A stretch of DNA of 64,000 nucleotides, from positions 248,001 to 312,000 of the forward strand of contig JALDTO010000200.1 in assembly GCA_023515725.1 (NCBI GenBank), given 5' to 3'. The position numbers were made by a program, and so were the translations under genes. This DNA is from Amoeboaphelidium protococcarum X5. Lineage: Eukaryota > Fungi > Aphelidiomycota. Below the pieces are notes generated by a model. That model made no database searches. It worked only from the letters and a program-made list of their open reading frames with translations, and was not told the origin of the DNA. Numbering within the stretch: position 1 is the first letter of the stretch; every line of letters starts with the position of its first letter. Shown here piece after piece: positions 27,654 through 41,920 of the stretch.

Positions 27654-28568
27654 AGCTTTAAGTCACCAATAGGGGGAAACAAGAATTGGCTAAGGGGCCG
27701 GCCTGTTCGCTCGTGCGTTCTCTTTTCTCAAAAGGATGGCTGAGCGAGACGCGAAACGGTTTGTTTCACCAAACTGAGGGCAGAAATATACATTCCTCTT
27801 CAAAGGAGCGTTTAACTATAAATCTTGATTATTAAGATCTCCAAAAACTTTATCAAGACTTATGATGCCAAGTACAAATTGTTTGAATTCTCCTACTTAT
27901 TTCACGCCACCGTGTTTTGTGTTGTTTCTATATGTTGTTAATGATATTACGACGCTGCTTATTACGCGAATTTAAACCAAATATGAACGTTAATGTTTTA
28001 TAAAGTATGCAAGAGTAACATGCCAAAATTTACTTTTGATAGAAGTTTTGAGGATCGTGAATAATGTATCAAAAGAGAAGAGATTCAAAGAAAGTGATTC
28101 AAGGAGGTGGATCAGTCATCTCAAGAGTCATTGCCATCGTCTTGGCACAAAGAAGAAAGGTTAGCGACCGATCGGCTCTTGATGATTTTCAACTTTTCCG
28201 CTTCACCCGCCGCTTAGAAAACACACATTCATCGCCTTGCCCAGCTCACATTGCCCTTTCTTCTTTCTTTCTCAACAAAAATTTTTAATTATAACCTATG
28301 CTCGAAAACTTGTCAAACAACGTCAAGTTTTACGGCACTCATACAAATCTGGAACAAGTTCGGCTTTCGTCTTTATAATCCACCAACCTGTACCTTGGTC
28401 TGTTCTTTGGATTGCACTCGCCATAGTACTGCACTGCTCAGCACATCTCACTACTACCACCGCAGTTGATCGTTGGGAATACATTTAAGAGTTGTCCTTG
28501 AATTTGCTAGTTTCCTGCATTTATTTAATACAGAATAGAAATATTTAATTGCAATCTTAAACGATAGA

Positions 28569-29252
28569 ATGGCTTTGGACATTAATTTTTCGTCTGCTGG
28601 TAGGAATGCTCAATTGGCCCCATCTGCAATCTCTTACCTGAGCTATGGAAAGCTGAGGTTTATAATCAATGACTGTCCATCTGACAATAATATAGGCGAG
28701 TACATTAAAGAATTCAAGAAGAACAATGTGAGTGATGTTGTGCGCGTCTGCGAAAGATCCTATTCATCTGCACCTCTTGATAAGGAGGGCATCTCACTTC
28801 ATGATCTCGCCTTTGAAGATGGTGGTACTCCACCTGCGCAGGTGATTAAGCGGTGGCTTGAGTTGTGCAGATTGAGATTTGGAAGCTTCAAGAGTACTAG
28901 CAAGACTGCATCCGATGAGGAAGAAGTGAGAAGAAATAGCACTGACAATCTCAAGGGCATTAATCCTGATTCTCCCCCTTGCATCGCCGTTCATTGTGTG
29001 GCTGGTCTTGGTAGAGCACCGGTGCTAGTAGCCATAGCCCTGATTGAGTACGGAGTGGACAAGCTGGATGCCATTGACTTTATTCGGAAGAGGCGACGAG
29101 GCGCGTTTAATAGTCGTCAGATTTAGTACATTGACTCGTATAAGCGCTAGAATGCACCTGCAAATAGAATGATGAGCAAGTTCTCCAAAATGTTTCGATT
29201 CAGCTCCTAAAAGGATTAAATTGCAGAATCCGGAGATGGAAAGAAGCATTGA
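28569..29252 (+). CDS. PTP4A: PRL/PTP4A-family protein tyrosine phosphatase
   Basis: VVRVCE, AFEDG, HCVAGLGRAP and RRGAFN. Confidence 0.93.
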
Positions 29253-29370
29253 CTATCTTGCCCCGATTCTGTCAAACATCTGATGCTATGGAGGCGGTTC
29301 TATTTCCTAAGGGTGGGGAGAATGAGAGATTTAATGACAGTGAATTCATTATACGTCAGTGGTGTTACAA

Positions 29371-29924
29371 TCATTTTTTCGGAATTTCTACAGCTGAATG
29401 AAGAGCCTTTTAAAGTTGCGGCATCAATTTTAAGGAGCGAAGTGCAGCATTTTGCGCAATGTGAGGCTCAAAATCGTGTTCATAAACAACGACCTTTTCA
29501 ACGGGATATTTTGCGCGAATTCTATCAGACTCTTGCTCCACAATGAATCCTACAGAGAATTGATCAAGTATAAGTATTAAAAGACAAGAAGTTAAATTAC
29601 CTTTTAAATTTAGTTTAGACAGTTCTAATTATTCTCCCTTCAGATGCCGTCCACGGAACTAAGCTTCCAAGACACTTTCAGATGCTGTAGTGGAGTCTGT
29701 ACGCATAGAGTCTTCAAGAAAATACATTGAGGCCTACAATGATATAATCAAGTATAATATTCACACTGGGTTAAGGCGATTTAAAGAAGTTAAAATTTTA
29801 CTTTAACAGGACCGTTCAACTTGACATGACACGGTAAAATAATGGCTCTTTGCTGTGGTAAGACATCCTCTTTATAACTAGGCACCAAGTCGACACCAGT
29901 TATAGGTGTACTCTCAACTGTCAT
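29371..29924 (-). CDS. RNH203: RNase H2 subunit C
   Basis: ILPCHVKLNGP, EAQFRGRHLKG and C-terminal KALH; two introns. Confidence 0.8.
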
Positions 29925-30184
29925 TGCACGGCTCGATATTTCAAACTAAAGAAAGTGTTGAAACGCTTTTGCACTTTCCCACTCGGCCTCCTGAGAGGGT
30001 GAAAGAGAGAGAGCATCGAAGCGCACTAAATATCGTCGCGTGTGCCCGTTCGTTCCCAATCATCAGTAAAGTAACCGAAACCAAAAACCTGCCGCGTTGA
30101 ACTTTTCTGGCAGCGCCTCTAAGTATAATCTACATTACGGATATACCTATCATCAAGCGAAAATTTAAAAGTAATAATAAATAA

Positions 30185-30823
<639 letters not shown>

Positions 30824-31148
30824 TTTGATTGAATCGGTAATATACATTTAACGCGTCAAGTTTATTATTTCGTGTCCCTTATTTTTATCTCCTCTTTCTT
30901 AACCAGATTGTTATGGTTGAATCGATACCAAATATCACTTAATAATTGCGGTAAATTTAGACAATACACTACTTGACGATCTCTTCGTGTATATTATCTC
31001 TTCAGTCAAGTAGACAAACGCTTTAAATTGCCTCTTATCAGTTATGGTCAATTTTAAAAAAAAATTAACATAATTGTTTTATGCCACTAGTCTTTAATCT
31101 ATTAAATCATTTGCGTTTCGAACACCATAGCTTTGCATAAGACTAAAT

Positions 31149-31400
31149 TCAAATAGTATTCTCAGTCTATTCTTCATCAGGCTATGCTTCTTCCATTTCT
31201 TATCTCTGTGCTTAATCTGCATTCTGATCTTCCATAAATTATCTGAAGCCACTTGGACCTTCAGAATATCTATTTCTAGTGTTGCAGATAAAGCATTTTG
31301 GATTCGTGACTAACCACTCGCAAAGACATTCGTTGTGAAGATATATACTTGTATCTGACTCTTTTAAAACAAATAAAACGCTTGTTTTCTTTTGCACCGG
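31149..31400 (-). pseudogene. Orphan 3' fragment of a RINGv/RING-H2-type gene abutting the Crypton-like element
   Basis: Frame reads SIYLHNECLCEWLVTNPKCFICN...EEQTENTI-TGA. The N-terminal zinc ligands and a start codon upstream of the motif are missing. Confidence 0.55.
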
Positions 31401-31405
31401 TAGTG

Positions 31406-34088
31406 TTTTGCACCTTGCACCCGGAGAAACGCACCGAACTCGCTTTGTTACAATCTCGACCGTCTCGCATGTCTGGCAGGAAGCGTTCTAGAGCAGTGTA
31501 GAGTGACTCGTAGCCATCTGGAGGGGGTATCACCACCTCCAACAGTAGTACTGGCATCCCAGCCGTTGATGAGTGTGCTGGTGTTGGCAGTAGTGTCGGC
31601 GTATCCGCCTCCTCAAGTTCTGGTCTGGCTGGGTGCGAGGCTGAAACAAGTGTTGTTAGCATGAATCAAACTGCTGATATCACTTCACAAAGTTCTGCTC
31701 AAGTCAGTGCTGCTTTCAATAGGTAGCTGGAGAATGAAGATGAAGATGACGACGACGATTACGACTCTGATGATGGTCTGGATGATGAGCAGTTGGCGAA
31801 GAAGGTGAAGAGACGCAAGAAGTCGGAGAACAGCCATGTGTATCGCATTGAAGCGGCGTACAAGTATAAGCTGGATGAAGGCATTGGAGAGACGTTGAAG
31901 CTGCTGAGGTTGACTCGATCCGACGTATCTGTGCCACTCACTGGCGGTAGGCCTTTGGCTGTGAATAGTATGTAAGCCTACTAGAAGCATTACAGAGGAT
32001 TGCGGTACTTTTTTGCGCTAATTGGTGACTACAGCTCGAGTTTAATGCTGCTTCCTAACCCCCCGCAGTACACACCGTCAATGAACGCCAAGAGCATCAT
32101 TTTGTTTATCAAGTTCAAGCGTAATGAGAAGGGTTCTTTGCTAAAAGACGAGAATGGCAACGCTGTGAAATGTGTCTATGGGCACGATATCAAGTGCTAG
32201 GGTGGTTGGAATATGCCACAGAATGTTGACCAGTTGTTATCGGCTGTCTCTGTGCTGCATGATAGTCGTAATTAGAGGGGGGAGTACAGAGATATCTGCG
32301 AAGAGTGCATCCAACGTTCTGAGCGTGGTGATAGATCTGGCTGTCGGTTCCATCCGATGGCTCCTCGTATTTGGCTGGGTGGAGATCCAAAGAATTCTTC
32401 CCTCATGACTAACATGTAGAGATTGAACTCCCGCGATGGATGCAGCTACGTGTCCGAAGGCAGCTAGCCGCTCACACCTTGGGAATTACTACGTCTCCGC
32501 GAGTATTTCATCTCGAAAAATGATGCGAAGTCATTCATGATGTGGACGATGATTATCGTTAGTATCAAGCTATTTCTGCGCAATGATGAAGTCACCGATT
32601 TGAAAATTCATGATCCTAGGCTGGAAAATTGTCTCAACAAGGATCTTGCGACCTTTCAAAGTGATGGCAGTATATCTTCCCTTGCTTTCTACATTAAAGG
32701 CAAGTCTGATCGTGTTAGAGTGTGCTTGACTCTTTGGACGGATTATGATGTGCCCGAATTGTGCCCGGTTCGTGCGCTTTTGACGTGGATTTTTATTTCT
32801 GGGATTAGAACTGGATTCTTGTTCCCTCAAGAGAGTACACTGGATGCTGTGAAGCAAGTTGGGCATGCGGCGTACAACATCTCTTACGTATCTTATCATA
32901 GGCAGTATCAGAAAGCTTGTAAGATTGCTACCGGCAATCCCGATGGTAAATTTGGTACGCACACTAGTAGGAAGACTGGCTATTTGCTTGCTGTTTGGGG
33001 AATGGGATCAGAGATTGACATCACTAAGAGTGCGCGACACGCTTCGTCCGCTAATGCCGCATTGTATAAGAAGGATGCTAGCTATTTGCTAGAATTAGCG
33101 AAGACTAGACGTTTGGACGTGTCTTCCGTGGTAAGCAAATTCAGATCAGCCTACTGTGAGTAGCTATAGATGGCTCGCAGTCTGAATGCTGCCCATTCTA
33201 GAGGCAATTTTTGTCTGCAGCAGGTGAGTCAAGAGATTGTTCGTAGCTTATGTGGATTATCTGATGTTGATGCAGTTGGTGGACCTAGAGTGATTTACGA
33301 TGCACTTCTCCAGTTGCAGAAGAAAGAGACTGTGCTGCAGCTTATTGAGGCAAAGTTGAAAGAAATTGCACCTAATGCCACTCCGGAGGAGATTAATGAG
33401 CTGCGTAGGATGCTTGAGCTTTATGCGAATGGATTGATTGCTGCCACTCAATCAGCTAAGTTGAAGTAGCCAAAATCTACTCTGACTTCTCAATAATCTT
33501 CTTCCAGATAGTTACGTGAACAAGCTGCGGTTCACTCTGATGATGAACTCTATGAATCCGATGAAGAAGACACTGACGTAGCTGATGTTGTACCTGCCAT
33601 CACAGCTGTTCAGTAGGATGAAGTTGTGAATGATATGCCTGGGAGAGAGAAAGTGAGAAAAGCGAAGACTGCCATGGCGAAGTTGGAGGCCATTCTTGCA
33701 GTGGATGATCCTGGCTCAACCGTCGGGTTATCAGCTGGCGCCAAATCATTCTACGTGAAGCAATACTGCCCGATCATGAAATGTCTGAGAAAGCACTTTG
33801 GCGGTGATTTGGATAAGTTCATCGCACATTGGGGGAACTTCAAACCAACTAGCTTCAAGACAAACAATTGCTCTGGTACCATGGATGAGTGTAGTATTTG
33901 AACAAGACAGATAATATGGAGACTGAGATTGAAAGTGGATTTAATACAAAAAGTTTAATGCAAAATCATTGAGGATTTGTTTGAAACAACTGACTTGTCT
34001 GTTTTCTGCGAGATCACCGTCGCGCGCTCGATCGCTCGCGCATTCTTCCAACGTCAACCTTAACGGTTTCCGTTTTTGCACTTTGCAC
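31406..34088 (+). mobile_element. Crypton-like tyrosine-recombinase DNA transposon
   Basis: Single YR ORF bounded by direct repeats TTTTGCACCTTGCAC (31406-31420) and TTTTGCACTTTGCAC (34074-34088); no long TIRs seen and no reverse transcriptase. Confidence 0.8.
31469..33901 (+). CDS. Tyrosine recombinase (810 aa)
   Basis: Uninterrupted frame with TAR=Gln. Catalytic set R (LFLRNDE), K (KGKSD), HxxR (THTSRKTG), H (SARH) and Y (AALYKK), plus the CPV motif. Confidence 0.88.
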
Positions 34089-37000
34089 TTTTAACAATAA
34101 GAGCATTTTATTTACCGCCCAAGTGATCTCTTAAATTGACGACAATCACAGTGAATGGATCTGTCTTGCGATACCTCACCGGCCCGGCAAGACATCCAGT
34201 CTCTTCTCTAACGCGGCGAATACGCCTCTTCTCATCCGGATACTCAGTATCATCATCCACGACATAATTCGCCTCAGTACTGTGGGCAAGGGCAAAATCA
34301 CGGAGCACCATAGCAGCTTCAAGAGCATCATCTGCTTTCAGTCTCGCAATATCTATAGCAGTCTGAAATGATATGGTGTTCCAAAATTCACTGGAAGCAA
34401 TTATCATAAACTCGTCAGCATCATTGAGTTCGGTAGTAGACACATATGGCTAGGCATTAACATGAGGCAATTGCTCGAACTGACCAAAAGACCGAGTGAG
34501 CGTGGCAGAATTCTCAACAACGCCATCAGAGGAGACGAAGCCGCCAGTCTATCGAACTCTATGTAACTCCTTCTTGGACTAGGATGAGAATTTCTACTCA
34601 ATTTTAGAGTGCTAGGCGTCTTGAGCAGCAACATTATCAACCGAGGATTTCGATGCTGAGGTATGAGGCAAAGTGCCAACTAATTTAGCATAGGAATTCT
34701 TATCAGACTTATCCAACTGGGTACTGTTAATATCGCCACCAACTTTGATTTTAATGGCCGCTTAAGCATTCTGCATCGATACCAGATGGTGTTTCGTAGA
34801 CAATGGCACAGCGTTTCCATTTCTACTCAACACAGCCATAGCATCACCACAATTAGCCACAAACAACGTTGATCCTACCAGATACGCAATCAAACCAGAT
34901 ATTCCATGCTAAATCAATTTCAAATACGCTTCCTCGCTTAACTCTTCTTCGACACCTGCAGCATCGTCATCCATAAACTTGGCCCAATACTCAGATTACT
35001 GATCTAATCCATTAGGATTAATAGAGAAGTGACTGACTGCTTTTGCAATATCATCAGCCATCAGGGAGTTTTCAGAGGACTCATCGATCGCGCCAATATT
35101 ACTGTTATTATTCTCCCCTTTAAGTCTATTGCTACCTCCATTATTATTACTAAATGCGTCTATGCCACTCATCTTACGTCTAAACTCTTTCAAACTTAGC
35201 AACCTATTATATCCACCGCCACTACTTGGCTCTCCATGACCATGCTCGTGAGATTCTGAATGTTTCTTACCAGACTTGGACTTTATAGGAATAGGGGCAT
35301 CGAACGTAACACTGGCCTTTCTACCTCTGGACTTACTAGCGTTCAAATCCTCAGATGTATCTGTAGACACAAGACGTTACTTCTCTTTAGTGTCAACCTT
35401 ATTTTCGACCGAGTAAGCTAATCCGCCAAGATGTTTATTAATCAACAGGAAGGTACGTCTCAAAGCATTTTAGATTAACTAATTATCACTTACTTGGGCC
35501 AAAACAGCATCAGTATCAGCGGATTACTCCTTACTTGAATCTTTATTATTAGTCTTCAGTCGCTTTGCATGACGTTCTTTAAAAATCTTCTTCAGTTCTG
35601 ACGAGAACTTACTAACAAAGAAATCACTCAACCATTTAGAACACCAGCTAGAAGTACTACTACCGCCATCAAAAAGCGCAAATATATCCTCATTACTAGA
35701 TGCCACCTTGAGCTTTTTCAGCTAAAACAACTTATCCTTGGAATGACTATCATCAACGTAGTCCTTAATATCATCTTTAGCCGACTGCAATATCTTTCCA
35801 TCAAGCAGAACCAAGTCCCATATGTTCGACTAATCATGAGCATTAAGAGAATCGGAAATACCGTAGGACACTATAGGAACCACATTAAGCTAATCATTGG
35901 TTGAGTTTTAAATAGTTCCCACCATCTAAGTATTGACATTCAATCCAGGAGAAAGTACTACGCTATTGCCTGAGGGCAATGCAAGTGATTACTGATCAAG
36001 ACCTGAGTCGGCTCCAATCTACTTTCGCCAATGCTGACTAGCACCACCAGAGGCATACACTCTTATACGCTTAGAGTTCGACTCTGCCGGAACCTGCACA
36101 AATAGACCAACTTCCAGTAGATTGAGGAAGCGAATTTTACTTAAACTATCAAACTTTGTCAAGTCCTTACCACCGGTATTATCCTGATCTGCAATACGCT
36201 ACCTCTCCTTTCGTCCGCTTAAAATTGGCTGCACAGTCTCAAGATTTCTAGTCAAATTTGGCTTAATCTCCAGCTTTGAGTTACCTGAAAGATTGAGGTA
36301 GCGCAACTCCAAGTTCCAATTCCAATTCCAGTCATACGGCCAGTTTGCAATGTTAAATCTCAGCTAATTACGACCAGCATCCAAAACTTTCAAATTCGGC
36401 AACTTTCCAATCTCTGGAGGCAATGTGCCAAGTCGATTGCCATTCACGTACAGCCGCTCAAGTCTTTTGAATAAATACAAATCATCAGGGAGCTGTGTCA
36501 ATTAATTCCCAGACAGAAACATTTACTCCAATGTATTCGCAGAATTCCTAAGCACTCCATTAGGTACAGAGAAGATGTCATTATGAGCTAAATTTAACGA
36601 GATCAAATTAGATAGATAAATCGTGAAAGTGTCGAACACTGTACTTTCCAGACGATTATCGGCCAATGACACCCATTACAGCTAAGATGCAAGAGGGGCT
36701 GACAAGGCAGTTGTAGATCCACGCGGTGATATATTCGTCAATTGACGCAGATCAGACTATGAAGAATTACGCCCCGCGCGCTCTCGTAGAGTCGACGCAG
36801 ACTGTAAAGTATTACTAAGACTTTGACCCTTAATACTTGGCTCAGTTTCTGTCAAAATAGCCTTACCGTCACTCAAATTCAAAATAGAAGAAATCAGCTT
36901 CTTCTTATCTTCAGTAGTGGCCAGCGATAGAGTTGCATATGGATTATCAGGAAATTCCTCAATCACATTGCTACTTAGATTGAGAATCTTCAAAGGCAGC

Positions 37001-39984
37001 TCCCAGATATCAACCGGTACATCCTTGATATTATTCGCATGCAAATCTAGAATCTCAAGACATTGACATTCCTTAATCCCAGGTGGAATGCGCGTGATCG
37101 AATTATGGGTAATCTCCATTCGAACCAGCCTCTTGAGAAAAGATATCGAAGTGGGGAAGGTGGATATTTAGTTGGAATTTAGCACTAAAATCTTCAGGCC
37201 TGGCGTGAAGTTGAAAATATCCTCGGGTAGAAACGCCAATTTAGAGGAGCAGACAACCAGTGAAGTCAAATTTGCAGCACTTTATGACAACTGTAACTAC
37301 AGCAGACTAGTATTACGATGAGAGACAATTGTAGAAAGATTAGGGAGAGCGTCGCCAATCTTCAAGCTAGTAAACTCATTATTATCGAACAAAATCTTCT
37401 CAAAAGGCTTTTCATTTCCATTATCATGGCTACAAGAAGATGCAACAGGAGAGTTCTAGTTAAGCTGGTCGTTAGAATGGCTCATCTGTGGCAATGCCTT
37501 CAAAGAATTGTTATAACTGATACAAGCAGCTGCATTTCCTCTTAAATGATTCCCGCGAACATCCAAGTACACCAGTGAATTCATACCGACAGTTATACTT
37601 GAAGGCAGAGCCGACAAATAGTTATTAGAAAGGCTAAGTGACTTCAGATATTCTAAGCGATAGCCAAAGTCACTAGGCAAGTCTGTGATGAGATTATGAC
37701 TTAGATCTATAAACTGCAAAGCATTAGCACCATCTTCTACTGGGCATAATTTACTAAACGGCTAATCAATAACGCCAGTCAAGACCTGGGATTTGATGCC
37801 TATAAGAAGAATCGACCTGGGAAGTTCGTTCTTAATCCAATTGCATGACAGATCCAATCTTTGCAACTAAGACCACTTACGCAACACCTATAATGGAAAA
37901 CTTTTGCGCCCATACAAATGATTATTAGATAAATTCAGCTCCTGTAATCCGGTCAAACTTTCCAGTCCTGAACCTGAGAGCCTAGAAATCAAATTTCCAC
38001 TCAAATCTAAACTAATCAAAGCAGTGCACAAGCTAACTGCGAGAGGTACTTCAGAGAGCTAACATTTCTTCAATGTAAGTGATGTCAAAGATAGGAATGA
38101 AGCGGTCTGGCCGGAAGTAAGACGCAACATGATGTTGTGTGATAAATTCAGAACATTCACCTTGTCCGCACTCTTAACCACGATGTCAGGCAGACTATCT
38201 TCTAGATTCATAAACGACAAGTCGAAATCAGTAAAAGGAATCTACTCTTTCCTGTCCATTCGAACCAAATCAGCAATCTTCTATTCAGTCTGAGAGCCGA
38301 GCTAAAGTGACTAGTTGTTACTCAAATACGAGCTGATTCCATTCCAGGTCTTTTAAAATGCAGAGATATTGCTGTAGACCCAACGATACAAGTAGGAGTT
38401 GTCTTCACGCAAGATGTCTGGAAATCTATCAATTGCAGGATCATACCCAATTTCGGAAAGCATAATGTACTGATATGGTAGAGGACGCTCATCAGGCTCA
38501 ATCAAAACTTCTACTTCTCTCCGTACCAAGTACAGTTTATAACTCTGGGCCTAATCAGCTGGAATAAAAAACTTCTTCGCCAGCAGATTACACAAATCTC
38601 TCGCGGTGCTGTTCATGGAACAATTCAACGTAACAAAAGTACCCTCCCGTCTAAACACTCTAACTACGGTTGTCTCAGGCCTACTTGCAGCCACAACACT
38701 AGACGTTTGAGATGATAAATTAGATGACTATTTCTACATCGGTACGACAGATGTTCTAGCTGGCTTAGGAGACCGTTTGCTGTTTGTTCGCAGTATATTC
38801 TTAAAATGCCAAGCTTCCGGAATGGCATTCATAGCATTCTTTAATTATTGCTACTACTGCAAACTCTCGGAGCTAGACATTGACTCTACATTAGACAAAG
38901 CCGCTGACGATGTTACTGCCGGAGGAGCAATCTTACTCTAATCTTTCGGCTTAGTGGATGGAAGAGGCAACAGAAAGGGAAGCTTACTCTTCAGATCCAT
39001 CATACTAGACTGTCGCTTATCAGGAGCAGGAGAATCTGCACCACCAGTCTGAGCTGTCTAATTCTATCCATCCTTCTTTCGATTCCTGCTGAAGCGAAAA
39101 GACGATTGTCTATTAATCGCAGTATCTGATTATTGCTACTACAATTCTACAGACTTTTACTTTTTATCACGCTGCCTCATGGCAATTTAATCTTAAGAGA
39201 ATGGATTGACCAGAGACTCCTCCTCACTCTCATCACTCTAATCTAGCACATCGTTAGATTAATCTTACAATCTACTATTACTATTCTTCATTGGAGTTGG
39301 AGATATTCTAGCATCCTTCTTCACACTTTACCTTTGCTTTAATTTCTCCAAGTACTCAGTGTTAAGAATATCAGTGAGATCCATATCAACATCATCCATA
39401 GTCATGGCATTGAGCAATGTCTCGGCAGAGCCACGAACATTAGGAATCTCTTAGCCACTATCCGTCGTTGTCACTTACTTTTAATCATCGGGCTAGCTAC
39501 TAGCGGACTAAATGGAACTGAGCGAAGCTACGGGATGATGACCTCTACCAACATTGACTTAATGCTTGGTAGGAATTCTGGGCACTGGAGGAATATCCTC
39601 TTTACTGTTATTAGAGGATGATGATGATCCCTGTGTCGATGGACCCTTGTTAGAACTATTCGAAGACAGACGTCTAGGTAGACTGAACCATTGAGCAAAT
39701 CCACTCTTATGGGATGTGTCACTGCTTGAACGCTAATGATCAATAACAGTAACACCTTACTTCTTACCGACAGTAGCAGAAACATTAGGCTATGTCACAG
39801 GCTGAAGTATATCCATCTATGAGACTGATGGCGATGAATTGCTATTAGGAATACCAACCAAGTCTTTCTGGCTTGTCGATGCACCGCCAGCATTACTTGA
39901 CTTCTTCAAAAATGGCACTTTATCCTTCAACTTTTTAGATATACTATCATTAGATTTCTAAGATTGAAGATTGGATTAGCTCAT
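34054..39984 (-). CDS. Fungal adenylate cyclase (Cyr1)-type RA-LRR-PP2C protein lacking the cyclase domain
   Basis: RA-like segment (VVRVFRREGTFVT..CSMN..ARDL), many LRRs, Cyr1 hallmark NIANWPYDWNWNWNLELRYLNLSGN and PP2C motifs (FALFDG, ANCGDA, TRSFG). The frame ends at TGA inside the Crypton right end. Confidence 0.85.
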
Positions 39985-40488
39985 ATCTGCCAACAAATGT
40001 ATACGGATAATAATAATAATCAATAACAACGAATTTACAGAGGTGAAACTAACTATAAAACAAACGACTACTACTGACGATTATTTAAAATAAAATTATA
40101 CAGGGAGCTACTATAAAGTGTGATATTATCCAAAAAGTGTAATAATATTTATGGAATATTCTGGGAAGACCTGAGAACGAGGATCAAACAAAGATCAAGT
40201 GAAACATCATCAGACTCTCTGAGCCAAACCTGACAGAAAGTCGCAAAGTGCTTTGATGACCGTCTGAAACAAATTAAATTCTCTGAAAGAGAATGCACTT
40301 TGATGATGATCAAGAAAAAGATTTATTATTAATGTGTATGTTGAGCATTTGCAGCACACTGTAGAAGTAAACGCAAGACAATCTTGGATGATGAATTAGA
40401 GTTCTCTCAGTTATCGACGACCAATTAAGGTGAAATCATCATCGTCTCGCTCGCCAAAGCTTTCACACATTTTTCTCAGTAATAATAA

Positions 40489-40534
40489 ATGGCTCAATAC
40501 AATCGCAGAAATACTGGTATAATCATGGAATCTG

Positions 40535-40566
<32 letters not shown>

Positions 40567-41289
40567 GAAATTAAACGACCTCTGGATAATCTTCAATAAT
40601 TCAAGCAGAATATCGATAAATCTGGTGTAGTGTACATGTCTCGTGTCCCTCCGCACATGGAGCCGCATCACATCAAGCATCTGCTATCGAAAATTGGTCA
40701 AATCGGACGACTGTTCTTCGCACCCGAAGATGAATTCACGCGTATGCGACGTGTAAAGAATGGCGGCAGTAAGAAACTGCAGTACAAAGAGGGGTGGATA
40801 GAGTTTAAAGATAAAAAAGTGGCCAAGGCTGCGGCTATGCAATTGAATGGCACTCAGATGGGAGGCAAGAAAATGTCGCAGTATCACGATGACTTGTGGA
40901 ATCTCAAATACTTGCCCAAATTCAAGTGGATCCACCTGACTGAACAGATGGCATATGAGCGAATGGAACGCGCCAAACGAATGGCTGTAGAGACTGACGT
41001 TGCCAAGAAGAATGTGTAGAATTATCTGGCTCAAGTTGAACGCGCTCGTGTCAAAGAACAGATTGAAGCCAAGCGGAGAGTAAAGCGAGAACGCGACGAA
41101 CAAGCCGATGGAAAGTCTATAATGAACGATTAGAGCAATTAGAATAGAATGCCTCAAGGACAGGACAATGGTGTGGAGGAGAAGAGGAAAACATTGCAGA
41201 AGAGATTCAGACAGAGAGCTGTTGTTGATGATGAAGACAGTTCCGCACCTAAAAAGTCTCACAAGATACTATCAAAATTGTTCCATTGA
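40489..41289 (+). CDS. ESF2: Pre-rRNA processing protein Esf2/ABT1
   Basis: GVVYMSRVPP, EGWIEF and DDLWNLKYLPKFKW; alternative start at 40525. Confidence 0.93.
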
Positions 41290-41585
41290 AATCTGACTCT
41301 CTTATATAGTATCTGTACTAAAGCATATATATGTAAATGTTTTCGATTTTTAATTTAATTTATTACTACGTATTAAAGTACATCATTTGGGTCTGTGATA
41401 TAGTCGTCACGTACACGACAGGGCTGAATGAAGATCGCAACGGTTGTCTTTTTTCTTCTTTCAGTCGAACGCGATCAAATTATTTTGGTCCGCCGTGGTG
41501 ATAATTATTTTCAACCGAATCTATCTAGTAATCAGTCAGTCAGTCAGTTAGTCTGAAGATAGTCCAACAATAGAGAATTTTCAAA

Positions 41586-41888
41586 ATGTCATCTACAAAT
41601 AACAGTAGTGGAGATGCTGCAGGTGATAATAATAATAAAAATGTAAAGAAGGATACTTGGGGGAAGATTGCTGCAAATGGTGCCGCAGCCGCAGCATCGC
41701 GTCCGTAATAATCCGGCTGGTCAACTGTCGGCGGTAGAGGTAAAAGCGGTAGTGGTGTGAGTGGATAGAGCGCTTAAGGTGCTACAAATTCCGCGAACGG
41801 TAGTAAGAGAGGCTCTGTGGGAGATACCAGGCAAGATCCGAAAGGGAAGGTGCCACCAGCTTCTAATACCGGCCGCAAGAGTTTCGGA

Positions 41889-41920
<32 letters not shown>

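Noticed and set aside
31469-33901. DIRS retrotransposon or prophage integrase
   Set aside because: No gag, RT/RNase H or phage genes nearby; the element is a single YR ORF in the host code.
34108-34110. TAA as the stop of the LRR-PP2C gene, as in the ORF track
   Set aside because: TAA is Gln in this genome; the frame continues to TGA at 34054-34056.
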